Position numbers and translations under genes: made by a program. A stretch of DNA of 64,000 nt from Octopus vulgaris (lineage: Eukaryota), in assembly GCA_951406725.2 (NCBI GenBank), contig OX597835.1, positions 26,660,001-26,724,000 of the forward strand, given 5' to 3'. Below the pieces are notes generated by a model. It made no database searches and was not told the origin of the DNA. It saw nothing but the letters and a program-made list of their open reading frames with translations. Position 1 is the stretch's first letter, and every line of letters begins with the position of its first letter. Below are positions 27,871-41,835 of the stretch, piece by piece.

Positions 27871-28736
27871 ATGGTCTTCTGTCCTAATACATGCCTCTCT
27901 CCCACTTACATCATATTATAAAACCTGGCCATGCTGCAGCCCTACTCAGATGTTAAAATAGATATTATATTGTATATTTTATTTATTTCTCTTGTTTCGT
28001 TACATCTTGCTTTTTATCATTATTGTTGTTATTATTATCATTTTTTATGAATTTCAATTTAAAATTCAATTTTAATTTATTTTTATTTATCTTTCCTTGA
28101 TATTGAAGTTTAACTTACATACTTTATATTTTGATATCTTATGTTTTTTCAAAAAAAATTGCTTTAATACCTTGTGGTATTTAATTTTTTTTCCTTTGTG
28201 TGTTGTAATTGAATCCCGATACAGAAATCGATGAGATATGTAATTGACAATGTATTGTAGTCGATACAATTGACTAGAAGAAGAAAAGATTTAAGATGGC
28301 GGTGCTCCAGTATGGCCAGCGTTGCAGTTATTGAAGTTACATAAAGAAGAGGAAAAGCAATAAATATTTCCAAATACATGCATAAATTCACTTATACATA
28401 CATATATACATGCATAGGTATATACAAATATATACGTATATATGATATATATACATTTATATAATACATTTTATAAAGGTATATATATATATAAATGCAC
28501 ATATATGTATAATCTATATATATGTATATACAAATACATTATTATACACACAGAAACATACATATATATATATATATATATATGTATGTATATATATATT
28601 TATATATATATACATATATACATGCATATATAATAGATAAATATATATGTACACACGCACTGACTGCTTTTTGCTTTCTTTTTTTTACAATCGTGTATGT
28701 GTGTGTGTGCGTGTGCATGCTTGTGTGTGTGTATGT

Positions 28737-28778
<42 letters not shown>

Positions 28779-29814
28779 GCTATTATAATAATAGGCGTTT
28801 TTCACAAATCAAATCAAGTAAAAGATTTGATGCCGAAACTCTAATAGTAATAATAATGACAATGATAATAACAACAACAACAATAATAATAACAATAATA
28901 AAATTATTGATAATGTTGATTAAGCATTTTTAATTTATTTTAATTATTAGATTGAGAAAGCTCATCTTTCAATGCCGTAAATATTTTATTTATTGTTATC
29001 TTGAGATATTAGAAACTGCGTTGTAATTACAATAAAAACAAAAAATAAAAATTTTTTAAAAAAAAAAGCTACAAAATTAGAAAAATAATTAACATAATTC
29101 CCAATTTACGCACATTGATTACTATTGCCTATTTTTGTTTGTTTCTTGTTTTGTATTTTTTAATATAAAGAAATATCTCATCAAAATTAAAAATGGAAAT
29201 TGAATTAAATGTCTCAAATGAAACGTTGTTATAATATCTTTTATTATTTCCTTCAGCGTTAGAACATGAAACGCGAGTTGCTGTAAATAATATACGATTT
29301 ATGAAATAAAAGTTCCTGCAAATAATATACGATATATAAAAAAAAAAGATCGATGTAACCAACTTGCTTCCTTCCCTCGAAATCGCAGGTCTTGCTTGTC
29401 TACAACAGGAGTTATGTTTTGATTTTGGTCACTTGTACTCCATGAAAACTGAACAACCGGACTTATGAGTCCTAGGGATGAAGAAAGAAAAAGTGATTAG
29501 GGCGTACATCGATTGTCAAAAATCTCAACAAAAAAAAGAATATGTAAAAATAAGCAAGAGAAATGAAAAATGAAAATTTTAACATTTTAGTCTTTTATTG
29601 AGATTTTTCTTGAGAACACATTCTTCGTAGTAATGGCGACTTGACGTCTATGTTTAGCATATAGGCAGTCCACTTTAGTGGTCAGTCCTCTAAATTTTGT
29701 ATGTATCACAATTTTTAATCTTCGAATTTTTTTAAATATGCTAAGCCACTGGTTTTAATTGATTAATATCAATTTCTACCCTTATTATTTAATTATATAT
29801 ATATATATATATAA

Positions 29815-29955
29815 CGGGAAGCTTTATGAAAATAAACAAAAGACGAAGGCAGGTGGAATACAAACAAACAATTGTATTAGTATGGCGCTCAGGAATATAA
29901 ATAAAACAAGTCTTTTACGTTTCGAGCCTACGACGCTCTTCAACAGAAAGATACA
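29815..29955 (-). mobile_element. family H1 copy (core CTGTTGA)
   Basis: TCTTTTACGTTTCGAGCCTACGACGCTCTTCAACAGAAAG on the + strand. Confidence 0.7.
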
Positions 29956-30052
29956 CAATATATATATATATATATGAAGTATAAGGAAAGGAATAATTGT
30001 AGGTGTAGACGATCTTTAATTCATAATCCAGGTTGCTACAGAACCAATATAC

Positions 30053-30142
30053 ATTCTACAAATTGTTTCGGAGTCTAAGTAGTTCCGAAGACAAAAACGG
30101 AAAACTCTTCTAGAAATAAAAGTTAGATTCTTCGTCAGGAAT
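30053..30142 (-). ncRNA. type I hammerhead ribozyme motif with long stem II
   Basis: ATTC CTGACGA AGAATCTAA...TTAGACTCC GAAA CA-ATT-TG TA^ GAAT; two A.C mismatches in stem II. Confidence 0.65.
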
Positions 30143-30215
30143 TACATTCTGGTATGAATAATCACGAAAAACAAAAGTGTACAAAAACCTTTCGCAGCCC
30201 TGACGGGAACGAACA

Positions 30216-30303
<88 letters not shown>

Positions 30304-30799
30304 ATTATATGCGTATACACACACATATATATATACTGTATATATATATATATATATAATATATTATATATATATATATACACACACACAAACATATATC
30401 TATAAGTATACACATACACACACATTTGTGTGTGTATATATATATTTATATATATATATGTATATATATATGTATGTATGTGTATGTATATGTATGTATG
30501 TCTACACACATAGAACATCCTACTTCTATAATGAATGTTATCTGTCAGTTCGGCTTCATTCATGGCAGTTACTACTGCTACTACTACTACTACATCACTT
30601 GGTGCTGCTCTACCTGTAGAATGCTCAAAGGAATGTTTTGATATGTCTTCTCATATATCGAACGCCCACTTACCTCATGCAAACGTCTGTTGAATTAAAT
30701 CTCTACTCAGCTGCGCGATCTGCGAAACAGCAGCCAAATCTCCCATGATTCTCACTCTGTTGTCTTAAATAGAAGGGATATTGAATAATATTCATTTCA

Positions 30800-30982
30800 A
30801 ATTTTGGCAAAGAGGGACCAAGTGGATTTCATCGGGCTCATTGCCCCAACTGGCTTTGTCGATCCCGAAAAGATGAAAGGCAATGTCGATCTCGGCTTAA
30901 TTTGATCTCAAAACGAAAAGTCGGACGTTTTGCCGCTAAGCATTTTGCCCGGTGTGCTAACGATTCTGCCAGCTCACCGTCT
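30800..30982 (-). mobile_element. SINE family C, diverged
   Basis: GATGAAAGGCAATGTCGATCTCGGC...GCTAACGATTCTGCCAGCTCACCG. Confidence 0.7.
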
Positions 30983-31660
30983 TGAACATTGACTCATGTT
31001 ACCCTTTAAAATTAAAATCTGAGGGAGTGGAATAGGTAAACATATAGTGGAGAAAAGTGAGTAATAAATATATTGAGAGAAGGGGAGATGTTGGAGTGAT
31101 GGGCACAAGAAACTAATGTTTCATTCCTCCTGCTTGTTTATTGATTCCCTGACAGCATTTCTGCTCTTAAAGCCGTTGACACCGCTGAGTTGAATTATAT
31201 TGTTTAGTTGCCAAAAACATCGTGATATCTGTTCGGCAGCTGAAGATGGGAATGAATGCTTGATATGCTTGTTCGTGAATATTTGTTTTTATATCCTGGT
31301 GTCCTTTTATTCTGGGTTGCCCTTCGTTCTCGTACAATGAGCATGTTGTTTGAATTCATGGTTTATAGTAATTTCATTACCGACTTCATTGGTAATCTTA
31401 TAAAGCAAGGATAATGCTTAATTAATGGTTTCTAGTTTGTAGAGATTCTGTGGCCTCCGAGGCATTTTATCGCAAAGTAGTAAAGTAGTGTTGAGAGGTT
31501 CATTATTGCATTTAACAGTTTTTCATAAGTGTAGCGCTCAAAATTACTGTAAAGTATTATGTCGCTGCCCTCCACTCGTTTCTACGACAAATATCCTCTT
31601 TCTCTGTTTTTCTGTCTCTTTCTTTCTCTCTCTCAATCTCTCTTTCTCTGTGCCGTTATG

Positions 31661-31718
<58 letters not shown>

Positions 31719-31747
31719 CATGAGTTTACATGCACTCGTGTTGGAAA

Positions 31748-32036
31748 ACGCGTAGCTTAGTGGTTAGGGCATGCAGGTCACGACCCTAAGGTAATGAATT
31801 CGATTCCTGGAGTGCGTTGTGTCCTTGAGCAAGACACTTTATTTCACGTTGCTGCAGACCACTCAGCTGGTAAAAAAGAGCTCTACTTGCATTTCAAAAA
31901 GGGGCCAGCCTTGTCACATTCTGTGCTATGCTGAATCTCCCTGAGAACTATGTTAAGAGTACACATGTCTGTGGTGTACTCAACCATTTGCACGTTAATT
32001 TCATGAGCAGGCTGTTCGGTTCATAGGGTCAGCTGC
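31748..32036 (+). mobile_element. SINE family B-related, diverged
   Basis: TTAGTGGTTAGGG head; body shared with 19619 and 42747. Confidence 0.7.
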
Positions 32037-32066
32037 ATACATACATATATATATATACATATATAC

Positions 32067-32131
<65 letters not shown>

Positions 32132-33701
32132 CACGCACACACAGACACTCATATACACATACGTATACACAACGTACTCATTCACTCAATCACTCACACA
32201 CACACATATGCACACATACACGTAACCGACGAAGGGCCTGTTATAGATGCATATAAACATACACACTCGCTACCATTCATGCCCAAATGCACACGCAAAA
32301 TAAACACACATGCATTCGAACGCAATGACGCACAACACATACGCACACATATATTCGTACACACTTACATACACACTTTTTCTCGGACATACAACATACA
32401 CACTCACAAATATGTATTCACACATACAAAGAGAGAGATAGAGGAGAGGAAAAGAGAGAGAGAAAGAGAAAAAGAAAGGAGTGTAAGAGAGAATGAGAGT
32501 GAGAAATTGAGAGAGAGAGAAAGAAGGAAGAAATAGTGAGAGAAGGGGAAGGGAAAGAGTAGACAGAGAGGAGTGAAGAAAGACAGAGAGAGAAAGAGGG
32601 AAGGAAAGGGAGAAAGAGAGACAGACGAACATAAAGTTTCTCACATGCACACACGCACACGCACACACGCACGCACACACACACACGCTCACGCTAATAT
32701 AACCATAGAGGCAAAAATACTCTCACCAGTGCTCCAGCATGGCCGCAGTCCACGGATTGAAACAAGTAAAAGAATATACAAACACTACTCATACACACAC
32801 ACACGCATACATCCGAACAGCCACATGCAAAAGTACTCTTTTCAACACTAACTAACACTCGCTTACATGCTCATACACACATACATACATACATACATAC
32901 ATACATACATACATACATACATACATACATGCATACATAATATAATTAATATATGCATATATACATACGTATATGTAGATACTTACATCTATACGTATAT
33001 ATATAAGCATATGTGGGCACAGGACGTCATGGAACGTGTACAACCCAAAAGTACGAAACACGAATACGTGGAACATGAACTATTCTTTCGAACAACGAAA
33101 GACACAAATGGAAAACAAAACAAACATAAAGAACGACCCTTCATCAGTTGTTGGCTGTTTTTCAAGTCTCGTATTTCGAGCATTTGACAGCAATATACAC
33201 TTTCGATAAAACAGTTGCTCCCACAAAGGAAATTAAATAAAATTTGGGATTTTGCGGAGGGTCAAAATAGGTAACACAAGCAGGGCAGTGAAAACAAACA
33301 GGAAGAGCTGCTAAGCCTAAACGAGGTTGTGGTGGCGAACGCGTAAATCAAGCTAGGACAGGAGACAAACAAGAATACGTCTTCCTTGTTCTAGCTACAA
33401 CGGAGAGAAAGAAAGAGATACAAGTTAGAAGAAGAAAGATGGCCGATGGTTACGTAGCAGCCACGTGAGTGAAGGAGGAGGGAGGGAGAGAGAGTGACAT
33501 ACATACCCTGTTGTTGATTCCAATGGAGGAGCCTTGGCTCTAGGTTAGAAACCAGTTCTTTCTCTATTGACAAGAAATCTTGAAATAGACTGAATAATGA
33601 CACACATACATATACAAACATACATATATATATATATATATACGCACACACATACACTCATATACACATACGTATACACAACGTACTCACTCACTCACTC
33701 A

Positions 33702-33752
<51 letters not shown>

Positions 33753-34517
33753 TCAATGCCCATTGACAAGCAGACGACAAAGAAAGACAGTGAATGTGAA
33801 TCCATGATATTTTCGTTTTTTTGTTGTTGTTTTTGGTTTTCTCCTTCCACGTTTTGGTAATTCCGGCTTCTAAATTTCCGGTTGACTAAATCATTGTTTC
33901 TTCTTAAGAACTACACAGGTGGAATAAATAAGCTAAATAAGCTCTTGGACACTTTATTTCTTGCAGAATTCTGCTGTCAATAAATTCATTTTACGTCGTA
34001 ATACACGTTCCTTGGCTGCGCATTTGCGCATATACGTCGTCGCCATGTTTCTGTGACTACACCAGAAATATTATTGAATTTTTCTCTGCGTATAATTGTG
34101 TTGTGTGTGTGTGTGTGTGTGTTTGTATGTGTGTGTGAGTAAGTGTGTGTGTGAGTGAGTGTGTGTGTGAGTGAGTGTGTGTGTGTGAGTGTGTGTGTTT
34201 GTGCGTGTGCGTGCATGTGTGTGTGCGTGTGTATGCATGTGTATATGTATGTGTTTGTGTGTATGTGTTTGTTTATGTGTGTGTTTGTATGAGTGTCTGT
34301 GAGTGAGTGTGTGTGTGTTTGTGTGTGTACGTGCATGTTTGTGTGAGTAATTGTTTGGGATTTTTGTATGTTTGTGTGTGCGTGCATGTGTGTGCGCCTG
34401 TATATCTGTGTTTGTGAGTGTGTATGCATGTGTATATGTATGTGTGTTTGCGTGAGTGTTTGTGTGTGTGTGTGTGTATGCATGTGTATATGTATGTTTG
34501 GTTTTGTGAGTGTTTGT

Positions 34518-34582
<65 letters not shown>

Positions 34583-34896
34583 CGTGTGTGTATGCTCAGG
34601 AATGCATTTGTCTGTTTGTCGACTCTCTGGCTGGATGATTGGCTTGTTCCATATTTCTATGTCAAACAAACGTGCTGAAGTGATCCTCTAACTGGTAGAC
34701 CGCCCTGCTGGAAATAGCAGATAAATCTCAGTCAAACTAAACACTGCATTACACTCTGCTGTATTACAAAAGGAAAGCAAAAACAAAATTAAGACAGGAT
34801 GGTCACGATTGGACAGACTTTAATCGTTGGTTTGCTCTGTCTGGATTAACCTAGTGGGTTAAACAACAAAAACTACGACATTTTAAAAAATCTTAT

Positions 34897-35038
34897 ACTC
34901 TTTTACTCTTTTACTTGTTTCAGTCATTTGACTGCGGCCATGCTGGAGCACCGCCTTTAGTCGAGCAAATTGACCCCGGGACTTATTCTTTGTAAGCCCA
35001 GTACTTATTCTATCGGTCTCTTTTGCCGAACCGCTAAT
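34897..35038 (-). mobile_element. SINE family A 3' portion
   Basis: Near-identical to the family A tail. Confidence 0.85.
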
Positions 35039-35049
35039 GTTAATTTTTG

Positions 35050-35232
35050 TTGTCTAACTTTGGCACAAGGCCAGCAATTTCGATTACTCAATTGGTATTT
35101 ATCCTGTTAACTCCCTTGGGGGTGAAACGCAAATTCGATCTCGGCGTAATTTGAACTCAGAAACGTAAAGTCGGACAAAAATGTCTTCAAGTATTTTGCC
35201 CCGTATGCTAACGAATTTACCAGCTCACCCGC
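35050..35232 (-). mobile_element. SINE family C, diverged
   Basis: GATCTCGGCGTAATTTGAACTCAGA...GCTAACGAATTTACCAGCTC. Confidence 0.6.
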
Positions 35233-35939
35233 TACGTTTCAAGGAAATACTTGCTAATAGGATACTGATTGGATGGATGGATGATTGGTTGGTTAGTTGG
35301 TTGGTTGCGTGGGTGGATACTTAGGGTACGCCTGTTCAAATTCACCAGTCTTGCCACTTTCATCCACGTCTCGATAAATACACAAGAAAGCAGCACCCAC
35401 CTCTACGCATAACTTTCTCTTCTAATGGTTACTTGAAGTAGTTGATGAGAGCTTGGCCAGATAGGGAAACTTCCTATCTTTAAATCTTTAGTGTAAGTCC
35501 ACCACGCAACCTCTGTCACCATAACCCCCAAGCAGAGAAGGATTTACCTCCCTTCACTGCCAAAAGAAAGGTAGCTTATCAACCTTCATTATACACTCGT
35601 CTTACAAATAGATTCATGCTACACTCGACAATAGCTGTTCGACACAAGTCGCTTAGGTACGGATATTGACTGATAACATCTCAAAGCGGTCATGTCATCC
35701 TACACGCACCTCGAGTAGTTTTCGGGTGTTGACGCTTCCATGTAGAAGTTTCTCTATAGGCTTGGAACGCCCCCTAGTAGAACTGCCACACCAATGGTTG
35801 TTTGGAAAATGTCCATAATCATCGATCTGAGAGTCCTCATGAAAAGACTACTCAGAGTTTTCTTGTTGACGTCCACAGTCAATCCCAGGCCATCGTCAAC
35901 CATAGCCTCAACTAACCTTCAGCAACGGGCATACCTTTT

Positions 35940-36168
35940 TCTTTACTACCCACAAGGGGCTAAACACAGAGGCGACAAACAAGGACAGACAAACGGATTA
36001 AGTCGATTACATCAACTCCAGTGCGTAACAGGTTCTTAATTTATCGACACTGGAAGGATGAAAGGCAAAGTCGATCTCGGCGGAATTTGAACTCAGAACA
36101 TAACGGCAGACGAAATACGGCTACGCATTTCGCACGGCGTGCTAGCATTTCTGCCAGCTTGTCGCCTT
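35940..36168 (-). mobile_element. SINE family C
   Basis: Reverse complement of 3470-3702. Confidence 0.85.
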
Positions 36169-36878
36169 GCAACGGGTATACCTACCAAATAAAATGACAG
36201 GAGAAAAATATCGGTTGATATGGCCTTTATTTCATTGTCACAATATACAAAGCAACTTCTTCAAGCTGTTCTTCTGCATAAATAATTTGCAGTTGTTATT
36301 CATTTTGTTGGTAGTTAAGTTTATCTGTGACCGCTAAAAGGCGGCTTAAAGAAGGAGAGAGAAAGAGTATGAGAATTTACTTCTCTACGTTGGCAAATAG
36401 AGAGGGTGCAAATTGTATAGTCTTTCGCTGACAAGCCATTACTGAAGTGTTCCTTTGGGCAGGTTCCAGGCGAAAGAGAGAGAAGAGAGCTTGGGTACTG
36501 TATTTATACTTGTTGGAAAGCTACATGTAGGTCGGAGAACGATGGAAAATAAATGGGTTTATGCCTGTTGAACTGTATTTGAACAAAGAATGTTAGCTTT
36601 ATAGAACTTCACTAAGAGTGACAGTTGACCCTCAGATTTCTATATGCTAATGCCGGGCACAATAGGAAGGAACGCGTAGAAAAATCCAGGCTAAGGTTTC
36701 GATTTTTATCTAAGAATCCAGGAAACAATTTGGTACATTTCTATAGAAATCTAGAGTTGTTTCCATTGACCGCCTTGCCTAGTTGGTTATGTGTTCTGAG
36801 CACCTGGCAACATTCTAGGCGTAAAGGGCTAAGTACAGGTTTGCGCTTGACCCCTGATTAGATTTCGGTCAAGGAGAC

Positions 36879-37321
36879 GGATTGAACGGCAGTTTTTAAA
36901 AATAATTTCCACGTAACTAAACACTTTTAAACTTCGTATACTGGTAGAATGTGTTTATAAAACATCTTTTTTTCTTGGCTTTATTGAGAAAATTCTATAG
37001 TTTGTAAGATATTTGTTGTTTTTTTTCTTCAATTTCTGCAATTTCAACCAATCACTGACGTGTATTGAGTTAAAAAACATTCTGTGCCGTATGAATATGT
37101 CCCCCGTTTAAGAAACAGATTGGGTTTATTTACATTTGTGAAGAAAAAAAAGATACCCTTCTCCCCACCCCTAACCCTAACCCTAACCCTAACTAACCCT
37201 AAGTCTAACCCTAGCCCTAAAACAGATTGAAATGCAATAGATCGATACTAGGGTCATAATTATGGGTGACAATTTCATATGACACCGCTAGAAAAAACTG
37301 CCGTTCAAACCGAAAAGATCC
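36879..37321. mobile_element. MITE-like TIR element with internal (TAACCC)n; left TIR partly lost
   Basis: Highly similar to 59665-60109; right TIR AAAAAACTGCCGTTCAAACCGAAAAGATCC. Confidence 0.8.
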
Positions 37322-37841
37322 TTTCCTTTTAAATGAAGAAATGACATAACAAATTGGATAATGCAGATCTTGGTTACACTACGCATGAGAATAGCTGACG
37401 GGGTGGTCACAGATGGAATGTTTTTGATACCCGGTCTGCTTTAGTTTGGTCAGGAAAGACCTGAGGCAAATAAACACTATATTGAAGTATCGGAGAAAAC
37501 TATCGACCTGTGTTATTTTTTTTTTGTATTGTTTTAAATTTCAAAAAATAGAATTATAAGCATGCACACACACACACACACACACACACACGCGCGCAGT
37601 GTTGTTTTTTAAGCAGTTGTAAATAAGTTGCCGTTTGAAAATTGCAACAGCATCAAGACAAAAAGAGGGAGAGGGGGGAGAAGGATGGAGTGAAACGGTA
37701 GTAGAAGTGTAAAAGAAAGACATAGATAGATACAGAACTACAGAATGAGACGAGAGGAGAGAGAGTGACTAAAATGGAAGGAGAAAGATAAAGAGATATA
37801 AAGAATGAAACTAGACGAAACAGAAAAAAACTGATGTACCA

Positions 37842-38003
<162 letters not shown>

Positions 38004-38363
38004 GGAGGGAGTGACGTATATAGGCAGATAGAGAGAGAGAGAGAGCGTGAGACACAAATAGAGAAAAAGAAAGTGAGAGGAGGGGTGGCAGTGAGTGAAT
38101 CTGAATGAGAGAAAGGGTGAGAGAGAGAGACAGAGGGGGGACAGAGAGAGAGAGAAAGAGTGAGTAAGAAGCAGAGAGACTGTCTGTAAATGGAAAGAAG
38201 TATCAACTGTATAGTGTCACGTGGCTAGTGTCACATGTCAAAAAGCTCTGAGATGTCATGTCACAGAATATGGAGCGCAGCAGGATGTTGTTAACTGCTA
38301 TGGAGACAGATGTTTGGAGTGTGTACAGTGGCTTGACAACCTGACGCTTAATTGCATGTGTAT

Positions 38364-38408
<45 letters not shown>

Positions 38409-38604
38409 CGTGTGTACGTGCGCATGTGCATATGTGCGTGCATGTGTGTATATACACAGAGAAAGAGACAGAGAATGAAGGAAAAATACATACATATATA
38501 TAAGTTAAGCACTCAATACTTTTCAAAATTTTAGTTTGTATTGCATACACACACATACACACATGCACGCATCCATGCACACAAATATGCACACACACAC
38601 ACAT

Positions 38605-38678
<74 letters not shown>

Positions 38679-38714
38679 GAAAAGAGAGAGATGACAGACA
38701 AATAATTAGATAGG

Positions 38715-38785
<71 letters not shown>

Positions 38786-38934
38786 AAAGAGAGCGGCAGG
38801 CAGACAAGCAGACAGACAGACAGATAGTTAGATATAATATATGTGTGTGTTTTTGTCTGTATTTATGTGTGTGTGTGTGTGAGCGTATACGTGCATATAT
38901 ATGTATACAAGTATACATATAAATGTATATATAT

Positions 38935-39376
38935 TGCTCTGTTGACCTGTTCCTGTTGGAAGCTCTGCCAGAGAAGTGTTGGTGTCAACCTGGGGCATGC
39001 GAGCCTCATTGTTGACAGTGAATAGTGGAAAGTCTGTTCAGCAAGTTATTGAAGTGCTCAGCCCACCTTTTCAGGAATACGTTTTTGTCAATGTTGATTC
39101 TCTGGAAGACTGTGAACCGCAGACGGACCTGAATCTTATCTGCCTTCTTGCTGAGCCAGGAATCCTTCATCTCTCTGAGCTTTACTTACACGCTGCTTTT
39201 GGTGGCGTTTGTAGCCTGCTTTCTTGGAAACCGATTTGCTATCTTGCTGAAAGACCCTGTACGCTTCCTGCTTCTCCACGAGCAGTTCCTGAATTTCCTC
39301 ATCGTTGTCGTCGAAACAGTCTTGGTGTCTTCGCTTGTTCTAGCGCAGAAGAGTGAGTGCAATGTTGTACAACACG
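38935..39376 (-). mobile_element. RTE-clade LINE fragment (endonuclease-RT linker)
   Basis: Minus frame RRHQDCFDDNDEEIQELLVEKQEAY resembles the RTE HQDWFDEND.EI..LL motif. Confidence 0.65.
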
Positions 39377-39378
39377 TA

Positions 39379-40230
39379 CGCGGTCTGATCAATAAGTATC
39401 CCGACTGTTGACATTGTAACGAAGCTAAAGCATGCAGAGTGAAGCCACTTAGCAAAGATTGACCTTGAACTCTGCTGTGCATGCGCACAAAGCTTTAATG
39501 TTCTAGCTCACTTCCGCTGTTTACATTAGTGCTTGGAAGGAAGGTGAGTAGTGTGTGATTGCCGCATTGACCATGACAGAGAAAGTTATGGTGATTCCTG
39601 CGCAGAGGCCTACGCAAAGTTGCAGAAAGCGTATGGTGAGGAGTGTATGAGCCGCACACAAATGTACGAGTGGTTCAGACGTTTCCAAGATGGCCGGAAA
39701 ATGTCGGTATTGACGAACGTTCTGAACTAAGAAAAACATCGCAGATGTGCGTGCAGCTGTGAGGGTAAATCGTCGAATCACCATCCGTGAGTTATCAGAG
39801 GATATGTAGATTAGATACGGTTCTGTTCAGACCATTATCACTGAAGATTTAGGTATGAGACGCGTGTTTGCCTCGTAGTTTGTAGCAAAACAGCTTTCAG
39901 CTGACCAAAGAGACACTCGGGTTTCAGTTGCGCATGATCTTGATTGTGTTGAGAACAATGAAAACGGTTTGAAAACTTTGCGTAGGCCTCTGAACAGGAA
40001 TCGCCAAGCTTTTGACAAAATCTGATGCAGGTTCTCTGCTCAACTTTCTCTGTCATGGTCAATGCGACGATCACACGCTACACGGGTTCCTTCCAAGTAC
40101 TGCTGTAAGAGAGGGGAGCTAGAACATTAAAACTTAGTGCGCATGCACAGCAGAGTTCAAGCAGCTTCACTCTGCGTGATTCAGCTTTGTTACTATGGCA
40201 ACAGTCCGGATACTTATTGGTCGGATTACG
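39379..40230. mobile_element. mariner-derived foldback element with TA target duplication
   Basis: TA|CGCGGTCTGATCAATAAGTATCCCGACTG...CAGTCCGGATACTTATTGGTCGGATTACG|TA; transposase N-terminal remnants (AYGEECMSRTQMYEWFRRF on +; MTEKVEQRTCIRFCQKLG on -). Confidence 0.85.
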
Positions 40231-40447
40231 TATCCTGAACATCCACCATTCCTTGCAGTTAGTAACATTCAATATGTTTTTTAAATGAGTGAAACACAAC
40301 GCGAAGCTCGATTTTGCCTTTCATCCTTTCGAGGTCGATAAATTAAGTATCAGTTGAGCATTGGGGTCAATGTAATCGACTAGTCCTCTCCCTCCAAATT
40401 TCAGGCTCTGTGCTTATAGTACAAAAGATTATTATTATTATTATTAT

Positions 40448-40772
40448 TTTATGTTCGACTTTTGCTTTGTATTTGTACAAGTTGGCTCCAAGTCTCACCC
40501 AGAGACCTCAAGAGGCAACAAGTTAGAAGTTGATGTTGGTGTTCCGCCTAGGGTGCCATATATTTGGCTTTGTACATAGTGTTGTTCTAGACAATGTTTA
40601 AGAAAACAAGAAAATTACGTGTTTGTTTTAAGACTTGAGATTACATAGACAGTATTTTACGTAGGATATGGGCAGTTCCCATGAGCACTATCTTTTGAAT
40701 TTCTGCTATTTAGGTGTTTCCTGGTATCTGAGCTAGGTAGAAATCAGCCCCTTTTGCTATCATTCCCAGAGC
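40448..40772 (-). mobile_element. R4/Dong-clade non-LTR element 3' end with (TAA)n tail
   Basis: Same family as 52326-52650; minus frame LGMIAKGADFYLAQIPGNT.IAEIQKIVLMGTAHILRKILSM*. Confidence 0.75.
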
Positions 40773-40775
40773 ACT

Positions 40776-40980
40776 GGGCGGCGAGCTGGCAGAACCATTA
40801 GCACACCGGGCGAAATGCTTAGCGTCTTTCCTTTCTGAGTTTAAATTCTGCCAAGGTCGACTTTGCCCTTCATACTTTCGGGATCGATTAAACAACTACC
40901 AGTTAAATACTAGAGTCGAAGTAATCGATTCCAAACCCCACACCTCGAAAGTACTGGCCTTGTCAAAATTTGAAACTATT
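40776..40980 (+). mobile_element. SINE family C
   Basis: GGCGGCGAGCTGGCAGAACCATTAGCACACCGGGCGAAATGC. Confidence 0.8.
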
Positions 40981-41214
40981 ATTATAATCATTACTATTAA
41001 AACCGATCAAAAGAATTAAGGGCATTCCATCCATGACCATTCCGTTATTTTTTTTTTCTGTCAATGACTGCATTGACCACATCCAGTGTGCTTTTGTGTC
41101 TTTAAGACAATATGACATAAATTGAAGGATATTTGGTTGTCATTTCTTGCAAAAGGGTCGACCTTATCGTGGCTCATCGAGTAGGAACCGAGTCTGCTTG
41201 ACGTTGATACTGAA

Positions 41215-41375
41215 GTTGTTGTTGTTGTTTTGATGGCTGTTATAATTCTTCTTCTTCTTCTTCTTCTTCTTCTTCTTCTTCTTCTTCTTCTTCTCCTTCT
41301 TCTTCTTCTTCCTCTTCCTCCTGCTCCTCCTCCTCCTCATTGTCGTTGTTATTGTCGTCATCGTCGTTGTCGTTT

Positions 41376-41408
<33 letters not shown>

Positions 41409-41543
41409 TTCTTCTTTTTCTTCTTCTACTTCTTCTTTTTCTTCTTTTTCTTCTTCTTCTTCATCATCATCATCATCATCATCATCTTCTTCTTCTTCTT
41501 CTACTTCTTCTTTTTCTTCTTCTTCTTCTTCTTCTTCTTCTTC

Positions 41544-41576
<33 letters not shown>

Positions 41577-41835
41577 TTCTTCTTCTTCATCTTCTTCTTT
41601 TTCATCATCATCATCATCATCATCAGCTTTTTCTTTTTCACCATCATCTTAATAATAATGATCTCCCTCTTTCTCATCCACGTTCCCCTCTTCCTCCTTC
41701 TCTTCCTCCTCTTCCGTCTCCTCATTGTCATTATCGTCGTCGTCATTGGCGCTGTCCTCGTCGTCGTCGTCATCATCATCATCATCATTATCATCATTAT
41801 CATCATCGTCATCATTATCAACATCATCATCTTCG
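41215..41835. repeat. (CTT)n/(CAT)n trinucleotide tract
   Basis: Direct inspection. Confidence 0.9.

Noticed and set aside
35330-36870. Unique-looking sequence, possibly coding
   Set aside because: No sustained frame or splice pattern; probably an old retroelement remnant that I cannot classify.
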